Source: Octopus bimaculoides
Taxonomy: Eukaryota
Assembly (NCBI RefSeq): GCF_001194135.2
Contig: NC_069000.1
Coordinates: 36,589,668-36,640,324, forward strand
Length of the DNA stretch: 50,657 nt
Direction: 5' to 3'
Shown here one piece after another: positions 47,819 to 50,657 of this stretch. Numbering within the stretch: the first letter of the stretch is position 1; every line of letters begins with the position of its first letter. Position numbers and translations under genes: made by a program. Below the pieces are notes generated by a model. The model was not told the origin of the DNA. It did no database searches and was given only the letters and a program-made list of their open reading frames with translations.

Positions 47819-50657
47819 CATGCGTATTTGTAGGTATATGTGTGCGTGTGTGTGTGTGTGTGTGTGTATCTATATATGTGTCTAGGTGTGCCTATTTAGT
47901 AAGAACATGTCAAAAATAATGGCATGTAATAGATACAGACATTTGGTGCTCAGACCAAACCAAGTTCTTAAAATCCAGTGTTGAATGGAAGGATACAGGA
48001 TCATTGCAAATAATAGCTGGTTACAGGTAATGTACTGGTCAAGTTCATGAAGGTATGATAAAATAAGACATGGAAATGAATATGAAAATATAGAGTTTTA
48101 GAAGGAAAGTGAAAGTTCATAGTTATTCTTTTTAGAAAGGTATAAATACTGATGAGACAGAAGAACATCTATGTAGCCCTTCTTTTGGTTCGGCTTTGAC
48201 AGGTAGGTAAAAATCCTGAGAATTACTGCTGAAACCTTGCAAGTAAGACAGTGGAGAATGTGGGTAATCCTTTATAGTTGCTGCTGCTAGGGCTTTGGTT
48301 TTCGTATACATAAAATAGATTTGTATTGGCAGATGTGTATGGATCTGCATAAGTTTAAATTTCATGTACAACTTCACCTCATTGTCAGAAGGGAACGAGG
48401 TCTAAGTAACGAAGTTCTTGAGATATATATATATATATANNNNNNNNNNNNNNNNNNNNNNNNNNNNNNNNNNNNNNNNNNNNNNNNNNNNNNNNNNNNN
48501 NNNNNNNNNNNNNNNNNNNNNNNNNNNNNNNNNNNNNNNNNNNNNNNNNNNNNNNNNNNNNNNNNNNNNNNNNNNNNNNNNNNNNNNNNNNNNNNNNNNN
48601 NNNNNNNNNNNNNNNNNNNNNNNNNNNNNNNNNNNNNNNNNNNNNNNNNNNNNNNNNNNNNNNNNNNNNNNNNNNNNNNNNNNNNNNNNNNNNNNNNNNN
48701 NNNNNNNNNNNNNNNNNNNNNNNNNNNNNNNNNNNNNNNNNNNNNNNNNNNNNNNNNNNNNNNNNNNNNNNNNNNNNNNNNNNNNNNNNNNNNNNNNNNN
48801 NNNNNNNNNNNNNNNNNNNNNNNNNNNNNNNNNNNNNNNNNNNNNNNNNNNNNNNNNNNNNNNNNNNNNNNNNNNNNNNNNNNNNNNNNNNNNNNNNNNN
48901 NNNNNNNNNNNNNNNNNNNNNNNNNNNNNNNNNNNNNNNNNNNNNNNNNNNNNNNNNNNNNNNNNNNNNNNNNNNNNNNNNNNNNNNNNNNNNNNNNNNN
49001 NNNNNNNNNNNNNNNNNNNNNNNNNNNNNNNNNNNNNNNNTGTAATTCCGAAATATCATTGGACTATAGATAACCAAATTACAACAGGTATATAGTCCAT
49101 TTTTTGCACTATAGTGCATTGTTGTACCATTCTAAACTTTTTATTCTTTACAAACAATACACAATGCTTCAAGCGAACTACAATACTCTCATATATCATC
49201 ATCATCATCATCATCATCGTTTAACGTCCGCTTTCCATGCTAGCATGGGTTGGATGATTTGACTGAGGACTGGTGAAACCGGATGGCAACACCAGGCTCC
49301 AATCTAAATTTGGCAGAGTTTCTACAGCTGGATGCCCTTCCTAATGCCAATTCTGTAGTATACCAGGCAAAATTCTTAGTAGCATTTGGTCCGTCCTTAC
49401 ATCCTGAGTTTAACCCTTTAGCATTCAGATTATTGTCAAATGTAATACTTATTTATTCACATTGTTTTGAATTAATCATGCATTATCTCATAGCTTCAAG
49501 ATTTCAATGATACAACTGTTTATTTTTAGAATGACATTATAGGGTAAGTGTGATAGGCCAGATCTGGCTGGTTTAATTGCCTTTCATCCTTTTGGGGCTG
49601 ATAAAATAAGTACCAGCTAAGTGCTAAATGAGTTGTGACGTCACTGGTGCCAAGCTGTATCGGCCCTTTTGCCTTTCCCTTGGATAACATTAGTAACATG
49701 GAGAGGAGAAGCTGGTCTTCCATAAACAACCTTGCCCAAACTTGTGCCTAGGAGGGGAACTTACGTGGTGCAATCCCATGGTCATTCATGACCAAAGGGG
49801 GTCTTTACCCTTTATATATATGTATAAACATGGCTGTCTCATTAAGAAGCTTGCTTCCTAACCAGGTGGTCTCAGGTTCAATCCCACTGTGTGGCACTTT
49901 AGGCATATGCTTTCTACTATACTATAACTCAGGCTGACCAAAGCTTTGTGAGTGGATTTTAGCAGAAGAAAACTAGAAGCCTCTCATGTATATATGTGTG
50001 TGTGTGTGCGTGTTTATGTACCTATGTCTTAATATCACGAGATTATTGTAAACGAGCATCATCATCATCATCATACAAGCCATGCTGTTCATTTCTAGTC
50101 TTCTATGGAAAGCCTGTCTTTCTACATGGGTGTCTGGCCAGTGAGTGTTACCTTATCTGGAAACAGGTCAAGAGTGTCCAGCCACAGAAATTATGCCTCA
50201 ATAAATTTTGTTTCACTCATCCTTGCAGGGAAAAGTGGATATTAAAATGATAATATATATTCTTTTACTTGTTTCAGTCATTTGACTGTGGCTGTGCTGG
50301 AGCACTGCTTTGAAGGGGTTGAACATGCTGGACCCAGGGCTCATTTTTTTAAAGCTTAGTACTTATTCTGTCAGTCTCTTTTGTCAAACTGCTAAGTTAC
50401 AGGGAAATAAACATGTCCCTGTTGCCAAGCGGGGATGGGGAGAGGGGTGGCGCAAACACAAAGACACACACACACATCATCATCATCATCATCGTTTAAC
50501 GTCCGCTTTCCATGCTAGCATGGGTTGGACGATTTGACTGAGGACTGGTGAAACCGGATGGCAACACCAGGCTCCAATCTAATTTGGCAGAGTTTCTACA
50601 GCTGGATGCCCTTCCTAACGCCAACCACTCAGAGAGTGTAGTGGGTGCTTTTACGTG

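Noticed and set aside
13893-49119. Long ORFs composed mostly of X
   Set aside because: Artefacts of N-gaps. The exceptions are the flanks at 17.7-18.4 kb, which are real transposase remnants.
1-50657. CRISPR array, rRNA or prokaryotic operon
   Set aside because: Eukaryotic intron-rich DNA; the repeats are dispersed TEs and microsatellites without a repeat-spacer structure.

Overview
AT-rich animal genomic DNA with six N-gaps. The SINE and MITE families resemble those I recall from octopus (coleoid cephalopod) genomes; the species is an inference. The window holds one protein-coding gene on the + strand, a USF3 (KIAA2018)-like bHLH-ZIP transcription factor. I reconstructed it by hand from splice signals and reading-frame phase: ATG exon 24498-24538, bHLH-ZIP exons 31436-31562, 35126-35222 and 37773-37856, and a giant 6.8-kb last coding exon 39746-46512, giving 2371 aa. 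A putative promoter and leader exon with several uORFs lies at about 3.8-4.4 kb, in a SINE-free island. Introns are packed with transposable elements: several SINE families, RTE, CR1-like, Dong/R4 and Penelope-like retroelement remnants, piggyBac-, Kolobok- and mariner-type MITEs, and a decayed Tc1-family transposon with DD36E spacing. The best unannotated signals are (1) a nearly intact type I hammerhead ribozyme (19835-19922, minus strand) inside a head-to-head inverted unit, plus a second degenerate hammerhead at 7049-7076; (2) the DD36E/Incomer-like transposon; (3) a 39-aa single-TM uORF in the putative USF3 leader; (4) short eh1-like motifs in the disordered USF3 tail; and (5) a 400-bp unclassified insert with a 10-bp TSD. 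There is no CRISPR array, rRNA or true tRNA gene. Repeat boundaries are approximate, and family names come from recalled consensus features, not database searches.
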